Assembly (NCBI GenBank): GCA_965227295.1
Contig: OZ245742.1
Coordinates: 1,408,001 to 1,472,000 of the forward strand
DNA: 64,000 bases
Reading direction: 5' to 3'
From: Leptonemataceae bacterium
GTDB taxonomy: Bacteria; Spirochaetota; Leptospiria; Leptospirales; Leptonemataceae
The position numbers and the translations under genes are program-made. The notes under the pieces are model-generated. The model was not told where the DNA came from and made no database searches. It saw only the letters and a list, made by a program, of their open reading frames with translations. Positions 9,348 to 18,772 of the stretch are shown here, one piece after another (the stretch's first letter is position 1; each line of letters begins with the position of its first letter).

Positions 9348-10441
9348 TCCGGTGCTTCCTCGGTTTCTACGACGGGCGTGGGTACGGCGGTCTCGGGCTT
9401 CGGCAGAGATTCCTCGGCCAGAGTCGGCCCGGGAAAGTACTCGAACAGCTTTTCGATGAACGCCGGCGTGCCCTTGCCTTCCGCGGCGGAAAGATAGAGG
9501 ACTTCCGGTACGCCGGTGCTCTCGCGCCACAGTTCCGGCTCGCGAATGGACGCCGCGACTTCATCGGCGAAGGCCTGGTCGTAGTCCATGAGATCCGTCT
9601 TGTTCATGACGACGAGGGCGGGGCGTTGCACCAGCTCCGGCGCGTACTCACGCAGTTCGCTCTGCAGCAATTTGATTTCGTTCGGTGCTTCCAGGTTTGC
9701 CGAGTCGATCACGTAGACGATCAGCCGGACGCGTTCAATGTGCCGCAGGAACGAGAGGCCCAGGCCCTGGCCGCGGCTCGCGCCTTCGATGATCCCCGGA
9801 ATATCGGCGAGCAGCAGCCGGCGATACGCCTGGTTTTGCACGACACCGATGTTCGGTGTGAGTGTGGTAAACGCGTAATCCGCGATTTTCGGATGATTGC
9901 GGGAGACCGCCGAGAGCAACGTGGACTTACCGGCGTTCGGCAGACCCACCAGGCCGGCATCGGCGAGCAGCTTCAGGCGTAGCAGTAAGTTTACTTCATC
10001 GCCGGCTAAGCCGGGCTGAGCGTAGGTCGGCGTTTGATTAACCGAAGTGGCGAAGTGCTGATTGCCCAGGCCGCCCTTGCCGCCGCGAGCGATTACGAAT
10101 TCATCTTCCGGGCGATGCAGGTCGGCCAGGCGCTCGCCGTTTTGCGCGTCCAGGACCTCGGTGCCGATGGGAACGTACAGCGTCAGCGATTCACCGGCGG
10201 AGCCGGACTTGTTGCGCCCGCGGCCGGGCTCACCGCCCGGAGCCGCGTAGAGCTTCGCCTTCATGAGATTGCCGAGGGTTTGCAGCGAGGAGTGCGCCTT
10301 CAGGATGACGTCGCCGCCCCGGCCGCCGTCACCGCCGTCCGGGCCGCCGTCCGGGCGAAACTTCTCGCGATAGAAGCTTACACACCCGGCCCCGCCGTGT
10401 CCGCCGCGGACACGGATTTCGATTTCATCGACGAACTTCAT
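9344..10441 (-). CDS. obgE: GTPase ObgE/CgtA
   Basis: MKFVDE, GGPDGGDGGRGG, GLVGLPNAGKST, YAFTTL.PN, DIPG, NKTD. Confidence 0.97.
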   Translation of the reverse strand: MKFVDEIEIRVRGGHGGAGCVSFYREKFRPDGGPDGGDGGRGGDVILKAHSSLQTLGNLMKAKLYAAPGGEPGRGRNKSGSAGESLTLYVPIGTEVLDAQNGERLADLHRPEDEFVIARGGKGGLGNQHFATSVNQTPTYAQPGLAGDEVNLLLRLKLLADAGLVGLPNAGKSTLLSAVSRNHPKIADYAFTTLTPNIGVVQNQAYRRLLLADIPGIIEGASRGQGLGLSFLRHIERVRLIVYVIDSANLEAPNEIKLLQSELREYAPELVQRPALVVMNKTDLMDYDQAFADEVAASIREPELWRESTGVPEVLYLSAAEGKGTPAFIEKLFEYFPGPTLAEESLPKPETAVPTPVVETEEAPE

Positions 10442-10501
10442 AATGTTCGGCGAGGCGAGGGGAAGCTGGTAGGCCGGCACGCGGAGTGCCGGTGCCGGGG
10501 A

Positions 10502-10768
10502 TCAGACTTCGGCCGCGACGGGAATGACGCTGACCTTTTGCTTTTTGCGATCGATGTGTTCGAACTTCACCGTACCGTTTACGAGGGCGAAGAGGGTGTG
10601 ATCCCGACCGAGGCCGACGTTGTCGCCCGGATGAATCTTCGTGCCGCGTTGACGAATGATGATAGTGCCCGCGTTGATGAGCTGGCCGCCGAAGCGCTTG
10701 ACGCCGAGGCGCTGGGAATTCGAATCCCGACCGTTCTTTGTGGAGCCGCCGCCTTTTTTATGTGCCAT
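10502..10768 (-). CDS. rpmA: 50S ribosomal protein L27
   Basis: [24 protein letters not shown]...RQRGT...GRDHTLFA. Confidence 0.99.
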   Translation of the reverse strand: MAHKKGGGSTKNGRDSNSQRLGVKRFGGQLINAGTIIIRQRGTKIHPGDNVGLGRDHTLFALVNGTVKFEHIDRKKQKVSVIPVAAEV

Positions 10769-10791
10769 GGTTTCGTTGTCTCCCTGTCGTA

Positions 10792-11121
10792 CTACTGGAT
10801 GATTTCAGATGTTATCGTCATTCGTTCGGGATACTGTTCCCTGAGAACTCGCAATCCCAGGAGCGCCGATTGAAACAAGAGTTCGCTCGCTTCGCTCCAG
10901 TCTTCCGCCGCGATCCGCGCCGTGTAGACTCCGTTATCTGCCTCGACCTTCACGGTGGGAAGATCGAGCAGGATCTTCAGACCGGCCCCGAGATTCTCCG
11001 CCAGGACCGAGACCGCCGCGCAGAGGATGTCCCGGCCGCGGGCTTCCAGTCCGGCGTGCCCTTCGAGCTTCAGGCCGATCGTGCGGTGATTCGGCAGGGA
11101 CTCGACGGCGACCCGAATCAA
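10792..11121 (-). CDS. prp: Ribosomal-processing cysteine protease Prp (YsxB/DUF464)
   Basis: GHAG...DILCAAVS motif, C-terminal QYP; located between rplU and rpmA. Confidence 0.85.
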   Translation of the reverse strand: MIRVAVESLPNHRTIGLKLEGHAGLEARGRDILCAAVSVLAENLGAGLKILLDLPTVKVEADNGVYTARIAAEDWSEASELLFQSALLGLRVLREQYPERMTITSEIIQ

Positions 11122-11125
11122 GGTC

Positions 11126-11437
11126 TCAGGCGTTGATCGCCACCACCTGAAGCTTCTGGAGGTTCTGCCGGTGACCCCAGGTCCGCCGGTAGCCCTTGCG
11201 CTTCTTGTACTTGAAGCCGCGGATTTTCGGCGACCTCAGGTTCTCGACGACCTTCAGTTTTACCGAGGCGCCGCTGACCGTGGGTTTGCCCAGGGTCATT
11301 TTCCCGCCGTCGGCCACGCACAGCACGTCCTCGCAGGAGAACTCGGCGCCGGGCTCGTGGCCCGTGAGGTCCGTCAGGAGGATCTGATCTTTTTCTACTT
11401 TGTGCTGGTGTCCGCCCAGCCGGATGTATGCATACAT
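11126..11437 (-). CDS. rplU: 50S ribosomal protein L21
   Basis: MYAYIRLGGHQHKV...GKP.V...FKYKKRKGYRR..GHRQ; true start ATG 11437. Confidence 0.97.
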   Translation of the reverse strand: MYAYIRLGGHQHKVEKDQILLTDLTGHEPGAEFSCEDVLCVADGGKMTLGKPTVSGASVKLKVVENLRSPKIRGFKYKKRKGYRRTWGHRQNLQKLQVVAINA

Positions 11438-11448
11438 AGCGAACTGCC

Positions 11449-11476
11449 AGTACACGAAAACCGCCCGTGATGTCAA
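11449..11476 (-). promoter_or_regulatory. Possible sigma-70 promoter of the rplU operon
   Basis: TTGACA-N16-TGTACT immediately upstream of rplU; would give a very short leader without an SD. Confidence 0.35.
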
Positions 11477-11507
11477 GTCCTTCGATCGCGTACGCCCCGA
11501 ATTTCCA

Positions 11508-11630
11508 GCGTGAGGGACACGCAGGGTGGCGCGCCGCGCCAGTCCGGAGCGCGAAGCGCGGAGGACCAAAGCCGAAGGCGGAGCCCGGAGTGGCCCGACC
11601 CCGCGCGTAGCGCGGGGGCACGCCCAAAAA
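11508..11630. repeat. REP-like multi-hairpin intergenic element
   Basis: GCGTGAGGGA...GCGCGAAGCGC...GCCGAAGGC...GCCCGACCCCGCGCGTAGCGCGGGGGCACGCCC; shares motifs with the flanks of the IS at 21.5/23.4 kb. Confidence 0.65.
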
Positions 11631-11673
11631 GGTTTTGCCCGAGTTACTTCCAGCTGATTCGGGGCGCCCGCGA

Positions 11674-14052
11674 TCAACCACTGCGCCGCATGAGGAACTT
11701 CTCCAGGTACTCCGTGATGTCCTGGATGTTCCGGTTGATCATGCGTTTGAATTCCGGCGGGATGTTCTGAGACTTGATGACCCGGTAGTAGTTCAGCGCG
11801 TTCTTGAGCATCTTGCGCCGCGTGAATTGCTGTGCCTTGATGAGCATGGGCTTGTACTTATAGTAAGCGTACTCCATGGTGTGGTAGTCGCGGCTGAGCT
11901 TGAAGGAATCCGGGATCTTACTGAAATCGTAAGTGAGCGTAAGGTACGGCGCGTCGTCCTCGTCCGGCGGCCGGAGTTCCAGCACGCCCTGGATTTCCTG
12001 CGGCGGCGGTTTCTTCTCGTCTTCGTCCGGTTCCAGGTCCGGAATTTCCGGGGCATCCTCCACGCCCTCGCTGAACGGTGCACCGCCGGGCATACCGTCA
12101 GCGGCGCCGTCATCGGCTTCGGTGGCGTCCGCCTGCATGGGATCCGGCGGGATGAACGGATCGTCGGCGCCCGGCATGCCCACGGGGCTGAGGTCCGGTT
12201 GTTCCATCTCAAGCTTTGCCGGCGGACGATCGTAGTCCGGCGGCGGGGCGAATTCCATCGGGGGGGCCGGCTTTGCCTGCGGTTCGGGTTCTGGTTCTGC
12301 CTCGGGCTCGGGCTCCGGTTCCGGCTCTTGCTCTGGTTCCGGTTCGTCCTCAATGAGCGGCTCGGACTTTGGTAGATCGAGTTTGGGTAGATCCTGGCCT
12401 TCTTCCAGGAGCGGATGCGATTTCGGAAGATCGAGGACGGGCAGTTCCGGCCCCTCTCGCTCGGACAGCTGAACCTTGAGCGCCTCGGGGACCAGAGGGG
12501 CAGCGAGTTGGGCCTGGATCGGTACCCGGGGCAGCGGCAGTTCGGGTTGCTTCTCTTCTTCTTTCTTTTTGTCTTTATTCTTGAGGTAATCCTCGTACTC
12601 TTTCTTGCGCTGTTTGTGCTTTTCGAGTTTTTTAAGAAACTCTTCGCGTTCCTTAAAAAGATCCTTTTTGCGTCGGTCTTCTCCCGAGCGTCGGTCCCGG
12701 CGTTTCGGATCGAAGCTGCGTCGGCGATCCTGGCCGCTACGCCGTTCGATGCCGCTCCGGCGATCTTTCAGCGGAAGATTCTTGAACTTCTCCCATTCCC
12801 GGTCGAAATCCTCGTCGGTCCATCCCTCGGTGATGAGGTTGCCGTTCTCATCAAACCGAAAGCCTTCCGGGGCATCGCTTTCCGTTTCGGTGCCGGGCTC
12901 AGCCAGGCCCAGGGCGTCGCCCGTGCTGACCGAGACGATCTCGCCCATGGCCGGCATGGTGGTTCCCTGCGGTGCCGCGGTGAGCTTGGTACCGGGTGGC
13001 AGGGTGAGCTGGACTCCGCCGGCCCCACCTTCGCCGCCGGGGCCCCCGCCGCCGCCCGCAGGAGTTCCTGTACCGGCCCCCCCGGGCGTTCCGCCACCGC
13101 CGGTCCCCGGGCTACCGCCTGGAGCCTGGCCGGTCGGCGCGCCCTGGATGTTGATTTGCCCCGTGGCGTTGATGGAGCCCGTGGCTGTCACCGGCCCGCT
13201 GATGACGGTACTTTCGCCGGAAGGTGCTCCCGGGTCGCCACCGGCCGCGCCGGCTCGACCCGGAGCAGGCGCTGAAGCCGGAGCCGCGGGAGCCGAGGGA
13301 GCCGACGGTGCCGCCCCGGAAGGGGGAGAACCGGCGGGAGATCCGCCGCCGGACAGGGCCGGGAACGCCTGGGCCAGTTGCTGGACGATGCCTTCGGAAA
13401 TATTGCGGAGTCCCTCGGAGAGATTCTCGAGGGCGATGGCCTGGGTCGTCAGTGGAACGATAATCTCGGGAAACTGGAGGCTGTCCGCTTCCTCTTCGAG
13501 GTCGGTCCCGGACAGCCAGCGTTTGATGTCCTCGATGTTTTGATCGAGCTTGCGGCGGACCTCGTCGTCGTCCACGCGGCTGCGCACGCGTTCGAAGATT
13601 GCCAGGGCCTCTTCGGCCTTTTGTTTTTCTACGAGGGCGTCCGCGTTGGTCAGTGCCCGGCGATGGTAGGCGTGCCGTGATGAGCGCGCGATGATGTCAT
13701 CGGTGGAGTACGTAACCTGGAGCGGCTTTTGCCGGGCCCGGCGTGTGGACGGCTTTTGTTTTTCTTCGCCGGGAACGACCTTGCCCTCTACGGGCGTGGG
13801 CATTTGCTTCAGGGTTTCTTTGAGATCTTCCAGGCCCTCGCGGTCCCCGAGAACGACAGGTTTGCCGGCGTCCCCGGGTCCAGCACCCGGTCGTCCCGCC
13901 GGGGGCAGATCCGGACTGGAGCGCGGCCCGGCACCGTCCCCGCGGACTTCTTGTTCGCCGTCCTCCGGATCCGCTTTCTTTTCTCCCATGGCGGCCCACA
14001 GGCCGACACCGGCCGTCAGGGCTCCCAGGAGTGTGAGGATCAGGACTTCCAT
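11674..14052 (-). CDS. Large membrane-anchored hypothetical protein with Pro/Gly/Glu low-complexity linkers and D/ERR repeats
   Basis: 792-aa ORF, N-terminal TM, helical patches, ordered-looking C-terminal domain (LTLTYDFSKIP...YAYYKYKPML). Confidence 0.8.
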   Translation of the reverse strand: MEVLILTLLGALTAGVGLWAAMGEKKADPEDGEQEVRGDGAGPRSSPDLPPAGRPGAGPGDAGKPVVLGDREGLEDLKETLKQMPTPVEGKVVPGEEKQKPSTRRARQKPLQVTYSTDDIIARSSRHAYHRRALTNADALVEKQKAEEALAIFERVRSRVDDDEVRRKLDQNIEDIKRWLSGTDLEEEADSLQFPEIIVPLTTQAIALENLSEGLRNISEGIVQQLAQAFPALSGGGSPAGSPPSGAAPSAPSAPAAPASAPAPGRAGAAGGDPGAPSGESTVISGPVTATGSINATGQINIQGAPTGQAPGGSPGTGGGGTPGGAGTGTPAGGGGGPGGEGGAGGVQLTLPPGTKLTAAPQGTTMPAMGEIVSVSTGDALGLAEPGTETESDAPEGFRFDENGNLITEGWTDEDFDREWEKFKNLPLKDRRSGIERRSGQDRRRSFDPKRRDRRSGEDRRKKDLFKEREEFLKKLEKHKQRKKEYEDYLKNKDKKKEEEKQPELPLPRVPIQAQLAAPLVPEALKVQLSEREGPELPVLDLPKSHPLLEEGQDLPKLDLPKSEPLIEDEPEPEQEPEPEPEPEAEPEPEPQAKPAPPMEFAPPPDYDRPPAKLEMEQPDLSPVGMPGADDPFIPPDPMQADATEADDGAADGMPGGAPFSEGVEDAPEIPDLEPDEDEKKPPPQEIQGVLELRPPDEDDAPYLTLTYDFSKIPDSFKLSRDYHTMEYAYYKYKPMLIKAQQFTRRKMLKNALNYYRVIKSQNIPPEFKRMINRNIQDITEYLEKFLMRRSG

Positions 14053-14137
14053 GAATTCTGAAGCTTGCCCACGAGGGGGCTCTTATTAAAATCGTCCTCC
14101 GGCCGCCCGGATTTGAGATCTTACGTCACGTTAAATT

Positions 14138-15529
14138 ATGGCCCTTCCCGTAGAACGACTCAACGAACGCTTCGAAGGCGAATTCAAATTCAAGGGGCGC
14201 ACATTGAAAGTTCCGTTCACCCTGCCCGGCGATCTGGTCCAGTTCCAGTTGAAGTTCCGCGGCCCGAAGCACGAGCGCTTCCGCGTCGTAAAGATCGAAC
14301 GGGCGGAGAGCTATCCGCCGGAGCTGCGCCTCGAAACGCCGTTCTGTCCGTACCACGGTCGTTGCGGGGGCTGCCGGGCTCAGCATCTGGAGTATAACCC
14401 AACCCAGCTGCAAATCAAGGCCGTTCCGATTCAAGAGCAGATGGAAGCAGTCTGCGGCCGGCGACCGAAGTTGATCCCGGCACCGGAGATCCAGAGCTAT
14501 CGCCATCGCATGGATTTCGTCGTGGACGGCGAGCATGTGGGCCTGCGACCCATCGGTGATTTTTCGAGTTTCGTGGACATCGAGTCTTGCGGGATCCAGC
14601 GTCCCGGGGCGAACGCCGCGCTGGCATTGTGCCGTGAGTTGCTCCACGAATTTCCGGGCGCCGCGTATCGGCGCGAGGATCGTAGCGGTTGTTTAAAGTA
14701 TGTTACGATTCGGCAGGGCTTTGAGAGCGGCGTGATCGTGCTGACGGCGCAGGAAGAGGGGCGGGGCCTGCGGGATTATGCGGACTTCGTCGCGAAACTT
14801 ACGGACCGCCTGGTATTGGAGCGTGATCGTAAGGATTCACCGATCTTCGGTTACTCTTTGATCGAAACAAGCGCCGATACGCATGAGAACGAGGTATCGT
14901 GCGGCCCGGGCGGGCGGGTCATTGTCGGGCGCGGTGGTTATGACGAGCTGATCGGCGGGCAACGCTTCGATGTGCCGTACGATGCCTTCTTTCAGCCGAA
15001 CCCGCCGGCATTCGACGGCCTGCTGGCTCGCGCGTTCGAGTGGATTGCCGCGCACGACGTGCTCGCGGCTTTGAACGGCGACGGTCGGATGCTGGATTTG
15101 TACGCGGGCGCGGGAGTGCTTTCGGCCGTGACGGCGGCACAGTTCCCGCAGGCCTTCGGTTCCGTGAGGGGTTTTGAGTTTACGGAGTCCGCCGTGGAAC
15201 GGGCGCCGGTTAACTTTCAGTCAGTCGGCTTTAGTGGCGAAACAGATTTCCGCGCGGCCGACCTGAATCAACCATCGGAAGATCTTTTGCAAGATGCGGA
15301 CTTGCTCATCGCCGATCCGCCGCGGGCCGGACTTTCCGGTAAGCTGTGCGCGGCGATTGCGGAGCGCCGGCCGGCGCCGTGGTTTCTGTACATCTCGTGC
15401 AATCCGAAGTCGCAGCTTCGCGATCTGGAAGTGCTGCTGGATCAGTACGAAGTCGTGGAAGCATGCGTGGTGGATTGTTACCCGCATACGCCGCATCTGG
15501 AGCAGGCCGTGTTATTGCGGCGGCGTTGA
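14138..15529 (+). CDS. RlmD/TrmA-family RNA (uracil-5)-methyltransferase
   Basis: CPYHGRCGGC Fe-S motif, YRHRMDF, FFQPN, LDLYAGAG, DPPRAG, YISCNP, D.YPHTPHLE. Confidence 0.92.
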   Translation: MALPVERLNERFEGEFKFKGRTLKVPFTLPGDLVQFQLKFRGPKHERFRVVKIERAESYPPELRLETPFCPYHGRCGGCRAQHLEYNPTQLQIKAVPIQEQMEAVCGRRPKLIPAPEIQSYRHRMDFVVDGEHVGLRPIGDFSSFVDIESCGIQRPGANAALALCRELLHEFPGAAYRREDRSGCLKYVTIRQGFESGVIVLTAQEEGRGLRDYADFVAKLTDRLVLERDRKDSPIFGYSLIETSADTHENEVSCGPGGRVIVGRGGYDELIGGQRFDVPYDAFFQPNPPAFDGLLARAFEWIAAHDVLAALNGDGRMLDLYAGAGVLSAVTAAQFPQAFGSVRGFEFTESAVERAPVNFQSVGFSGETDFRAADLNQPSEDLLQDADLLIADPPRAGLSGKLCAAIAERRPAPWFLYISCNPKSQLRDLEVLLDQYEVVEACVVDCYPHTPHLEQAVLLRRR

Positions 15530-15764
15530 GATTCATGGTACGGCACCTGGAGAGTTGCGGAATGTTACGGGGTGGCGAACGGCGTCTTCGGCCCGGAACG
15601 TTTGGGAGTCACGTCTCCCGAAGCTGAGTTGCCAGGCCGCGTCCGGGCCGAAGTAGACTCTCTTTGCAAAACGCCTGCCCGCAACTCCGAAGAGCCGTAG
15701 CCAAAAAATCCCCGTTAACTTTCCGAGATTTACACCTTGATTCTTGCAGCCAACGCCGCGATTT

Positions 15765-16946
15765 TCAATCTTCGTGGTGCCAGGCTTCGGCCACGGCCTT
15801 TGCAACGATCGCAGCCACGCCTGGTTCCAGCGGCGACGGAATCACTTTGTCCGGGGACGGATCCTTCACCGCTTCTGCCAGGGCTTTCGCCGCGGCGAAC
15901 TTCATTTTCTCGGTGATGCGTCTTGCTCCGGCGTCCAGTGCGCCGCGGAAGATGCCCGGAAACGCGAGAACGTTGTTGACCTGGTTCGGATAGTCACTGC
16001 GGCCTGTGCCGATCACGAAGGCGCCGGCGGCCTTCGCATCTTCCGGCATGATCTCCGGTATCGGGTTTGCCATGGCCAGGATGACGGGTTTGTCGGCCAT
16101 GCTGCGGACCATGTCCGGCGTGACCACGCCCGCCACGCTCACTCCGACGAAGACGTCCGCATCTTTCAACGCGTCGGCCAGGTCCCCCGTGCGCCCTTCG
16201 CGGTTCGTAATGAGCGATAAACGATTCTTAACGACGTTGCTCTTTACGTCGGCGCGATCGCGGTGGATGATGCCTTTGCTGTCGCAGACGACCACGTCCT
16301 GCACCGGATCGCAGACACCGACGTCGTGGTCTTCGTCGAGCAACATGCGCGCGATGGCCGTACCGGCGGCGCCGGCGCCGTTCACGACGACGCGTAGTTC
16401 GGACATGGATTTGCCCGCGATCTTTGCCGCGTTGAGAATCGCTGCCAGCGACACGATGGCCGTGCCGTGCTGATCATCGTGAAATACGGGGATGCCCAGG
16501 TCCTGCAGGCGCTCTTCGATTTCGAAACAGTTCGGCGCGGCGATGTCCTCGAGATTGATGCCCGCGAATGTCGGCGAAACAAAACGACAGACTTTGATGA
16601 TTTCCTCGATATCCTGTGTGCGCAGGACGAGCGGGACCGCGTCGATGTTCGCATACTCTTTGAACAGCACGGCCTTGCCTTCCATGACCGGCAGCGCGCC
16701 ATAGGCGCCGATGTTGCCAAGGCCGAGGACCGCGGAGCCGTCTGAGACCACGGCGACGCTGTTGCCTTTCATCGTCAGTTCCCGCGCGCGATCCGGATGG
16801 CCGGCCAGGACTTCGCTCACCCGCGCGACGCCGGGGCTGTACATCAAAGAGAGATCGTGCTGATTGCGGATGGGCGCCTTTGCGCGGATTTCCAGTTTGC
16901 CGCGATGTTTTTCATGAAAGGCGAGGGATTCTTCGAAAATGTCCAT
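15765..16946 (-). CDS. NAD(P)-dependent malic enzyme
   Basis: YSPGVA, VSDGSAVLGLGNIG, PVMEGKA, INLEDIAAP, FHDDQHGTA, GAGAAG, ANP.PEI, TGRSDYPNQVNN. Confidence 0.95.
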   Translation of the reverse strand: MDIFEESLAFHEKHRGKLEIRAKAPIRNQHDLSLMYSPGVARVSEVLAGHPDRARELTMKGNSVAVVSDGSAVLGLGNIGAYGALPVMEGKAVLFKEYANIDAVPLVLRTQDIEEIIKVCRFVSPTFAGINLEDIAAPNCFEIEERLQDLGIPVFHDDQHGTAIVSLAAILNAAKIAGKSMSELRVVVNGAGAAGTAIARMLLDEDHDVGVCDPVQDVVVCDSKGIIHRDRADVKSNVVKNRLSLITNREGRTGDLADALKDADVFVGVSVAGVVTPDMVRSMADKPVILAMANPIPEIMPEDAKAAGAFVIGTGRSDYPNQVNNVLAFPGIFRGALDAGARRITEKMKFAAAKALAEAVKDPSPDKVIPSPLEPGVAAIVAKAVAEAWHHED

Positions 16947-17005
16947 GGGCTTGCGGGCATGTTTTTGGGATTGGAGACGAGGGCAAGCGGTACCAACACA
17001 ATCCT

Positions 17006-17404
17006 TCAGCGCTCGAACGGGTCGAGCAGTGAGACCTCACAGCCTTCGAAGTCGCGGGTATTGCCGGTTACGAGCGTCAGGCCGTGAATGATGGCGGTTG
17101 CGGCGATCAGCATGTCGGCCTGTGTATGCGTCCGTCCCCGGCGGCGCTGGCGGCCGCGCAGATTGCCGGCCAGCTTCGCAGTTGCTTCATCTACCGGCAA
17201 CACCTGGCAGTACTCGTTTAGAAAGCCTTCCAGCCATTTTTCGATTCGTGGGCTTTCTTTTGCCGCCAGGCCGTAGGTAATCTCTTCGATCGTTACGACA
17301 CTCAAAGCGATCCGCGCCGTCGTCTCGGCCCAGCGTAAGACTCCCTGATTCGGCCTTTTGCGGACGAGTTCGCTGACCACGTTAGTGTCACAGAGCACAC
17401 TCAT
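17006..17404 (-). CDS. vapC: VapC PIN-domain toxin
   Basis: LCDTNVVSE, SVVTIEEI, DMLIAATA, LTLVTGNTRDF. Confidence 0.93.
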   Translation of the reverse strand: MSVLCDTNVVSELVRKRPNQGVLRWAETTARIALSVVTIEEITYGLAAKESPRIEKWLEGFLNEYCQVLPVDEATAKLAGNLRGRQRRRGRTHTQADMLIAATAIIHGLTLVTGNTRDFEGCEVSLLDPFER

Positions 17405-17685
17405 CGAGCACCGGCGTCTCCGGCGAAGGCGTTCTTCCGGTCCTTGCGACGAGTGGGGCGAAACTGCACGTCCTCTTCGGTCATGATATCCCGAAGTTCA
17501 TCAAAACGATCGGCGATGGACCGGCGATTGCGACGCTTCCGCCATTCGTCGAATTCCCGAAAGACTTCTACGCCCACCACCACCGCAACCGGCTGATCCC
17601 GATTCAGAACGACTTGCGGTTCCTTTTCCGCGGCCCGGATCAACTCGGAGAGCCGTTGCTTTGCGTGTCCAATTTTCCAGTCCAT
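17401..17685 (-). CDS. Phd/YefM-family antitoxin
   Basis: W.IGHAKQRLSELIR.A..EPQVV.NRDQPVAVVV; 4-bp overlap with vapC. Confidence 0.9.
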   Translation of the reverse strand: MDWKIGHAKQRLSELIRAAEKEPQVVLNRDQPVAVVVGVEVFREFDEWRKRRNRRSIADRFDELRDIMTEEDVQFRPTRRKDRKNAFAGDAGAR

Positions 17686-17862
17686 GTTGGACAAGCTATC
17701 TGCACGTGGAGAGTTCGTCAAGAACAGGTCACAGAACGGCCAGTGGGCTGTTAGGTTGACTTATCCCGTCATCTTCCCCGCAACCGCATCACCAGCATCA
17801 TGCCCACAACCCCCAAACCCAAACACACCCACCACGCGCTTTGAAATTGCAGGCGGAGCGGG

Positions 17863-18168
17863 GTGCGTTGGGATATATGGATTGACCCGGCGATTCACTC
17901 TTGTAAGATCTTAATTTTGACCGCAGCCGAAGCTAAGAAAATCCTGAAAGAACTGAAGGCCGGTAAACGTTTCGCCACGCGCTTTCAAGAACAGGAATGG
18001 GGCCTCTACTATAGTGACGGCGACGACCGCTATATCGAATGGGGCCGCGAGGCGGACCTCAGCGGGCGCGGGAAGGATCGGTCGTTCGAGAACCGTTTGA
18101 GCGAGGACGAGGCGATTGGGTTGTTGAAACAGTACAGCTACAATCGGACGCGCGGGGGAATGCGGTAG
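17863..18168 (+). CDS. Small hypothetical protein (start may be TTG 17917)
   Basis: Protein-like composition from LTAAEAKKIL onward; followed by a hairpin. Confidence 0.55.
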   Translation: MRWDIWIDPAIHSCKILILTAAEAKKILKELKAGKRFATRFQEQEWGLYYSDGDDRYIEWGREADLSGRGKDRSFENRLSEDEAIGLLKQYSYNRTRGGMR

Positions 18169-18183
18169 GATGATTGTACGATC

Positions 18184-18207
18184 ACCGGCGGGCCGAAACC
18201 CGCCGGT
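18184..18207. terminator. Hairpin between convergent genes (probable terminator)
   Basis: ACCGGCGGG-CCGAAA-CCCGCCGGT, 9-bp perfect stem; no long U-tract. Confidence 0.55.
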
Positions 18208-18216
18208 AAGTGGAAA

Positions 18217-18471
18217 TCAGTAGCGGTTCGCTTTCGGACGTGCTTCGTTTACCACGAGGTTGCGGCCGTTCACTTCCGTTTCCGACAGTGCGTTCATGGC
18301 CGCGATGGCTTCTTTTTTGTTCGGCATCTCCACGAAGCCGAAACCGCGGGAGCGGCCGGTCTCACGGTCGGAGACGATGTGAGCGGAAGACACTTCGCCG
18401 TGAGCGGTGAAAAGTTCCGTTAATGCGCTCTGATCGATATCAAAGCTGAGGTTACCTACATACAGGTTCAT
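18217..18471 (-). CDS. RRM-domain RNA-binding protein
   Basis: RNP2 LYVGNL and RNP1 RGFGFVEM, GRNLVVNEARP. Confidence 0.96.
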   Translation of the reverse strand: MNLYVGNLSFDIDQSALTELFTAHGEVSSAHIVSDRETGRSRGFGFVEMPNKKEAIAAMNALSETEVNGRNLVVNEARPKANRY

Positions 18472-18772
18472 GTTAGTTATCCAGATGATTGATTCGCTTC
18501 GCCTTTTGAAGACGATTTCGGGAACGTAGGTACAGAACGGTGAAGAAGATCGGTGAGGAGGGATCCAGACTGAGACGTCTCGGGTTCTAATGCCGGGGTA
18601 TACCGTTATCGGTATCGAAAGTTAGATAGAAGCGTGGGGGCATGATATCCAGATCTCGCCACGGGTCAAGTGGAATGCAGAAAGCGCTGACAGATTCCGA
18701 TGAATGAGCGCTGACACCACGTTCGGATCTTTGCTCACGACAACTGCGCTCTGGCCCTGAACAGGCATCGCC

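Noticed and set aside
12270-12350. Short tandem repeats (GGTTCG/GGCTCG-like units)
   Set aside because: Encode the Glu-Pro linker of the 792-aa protein; not CRISPR or a separate element
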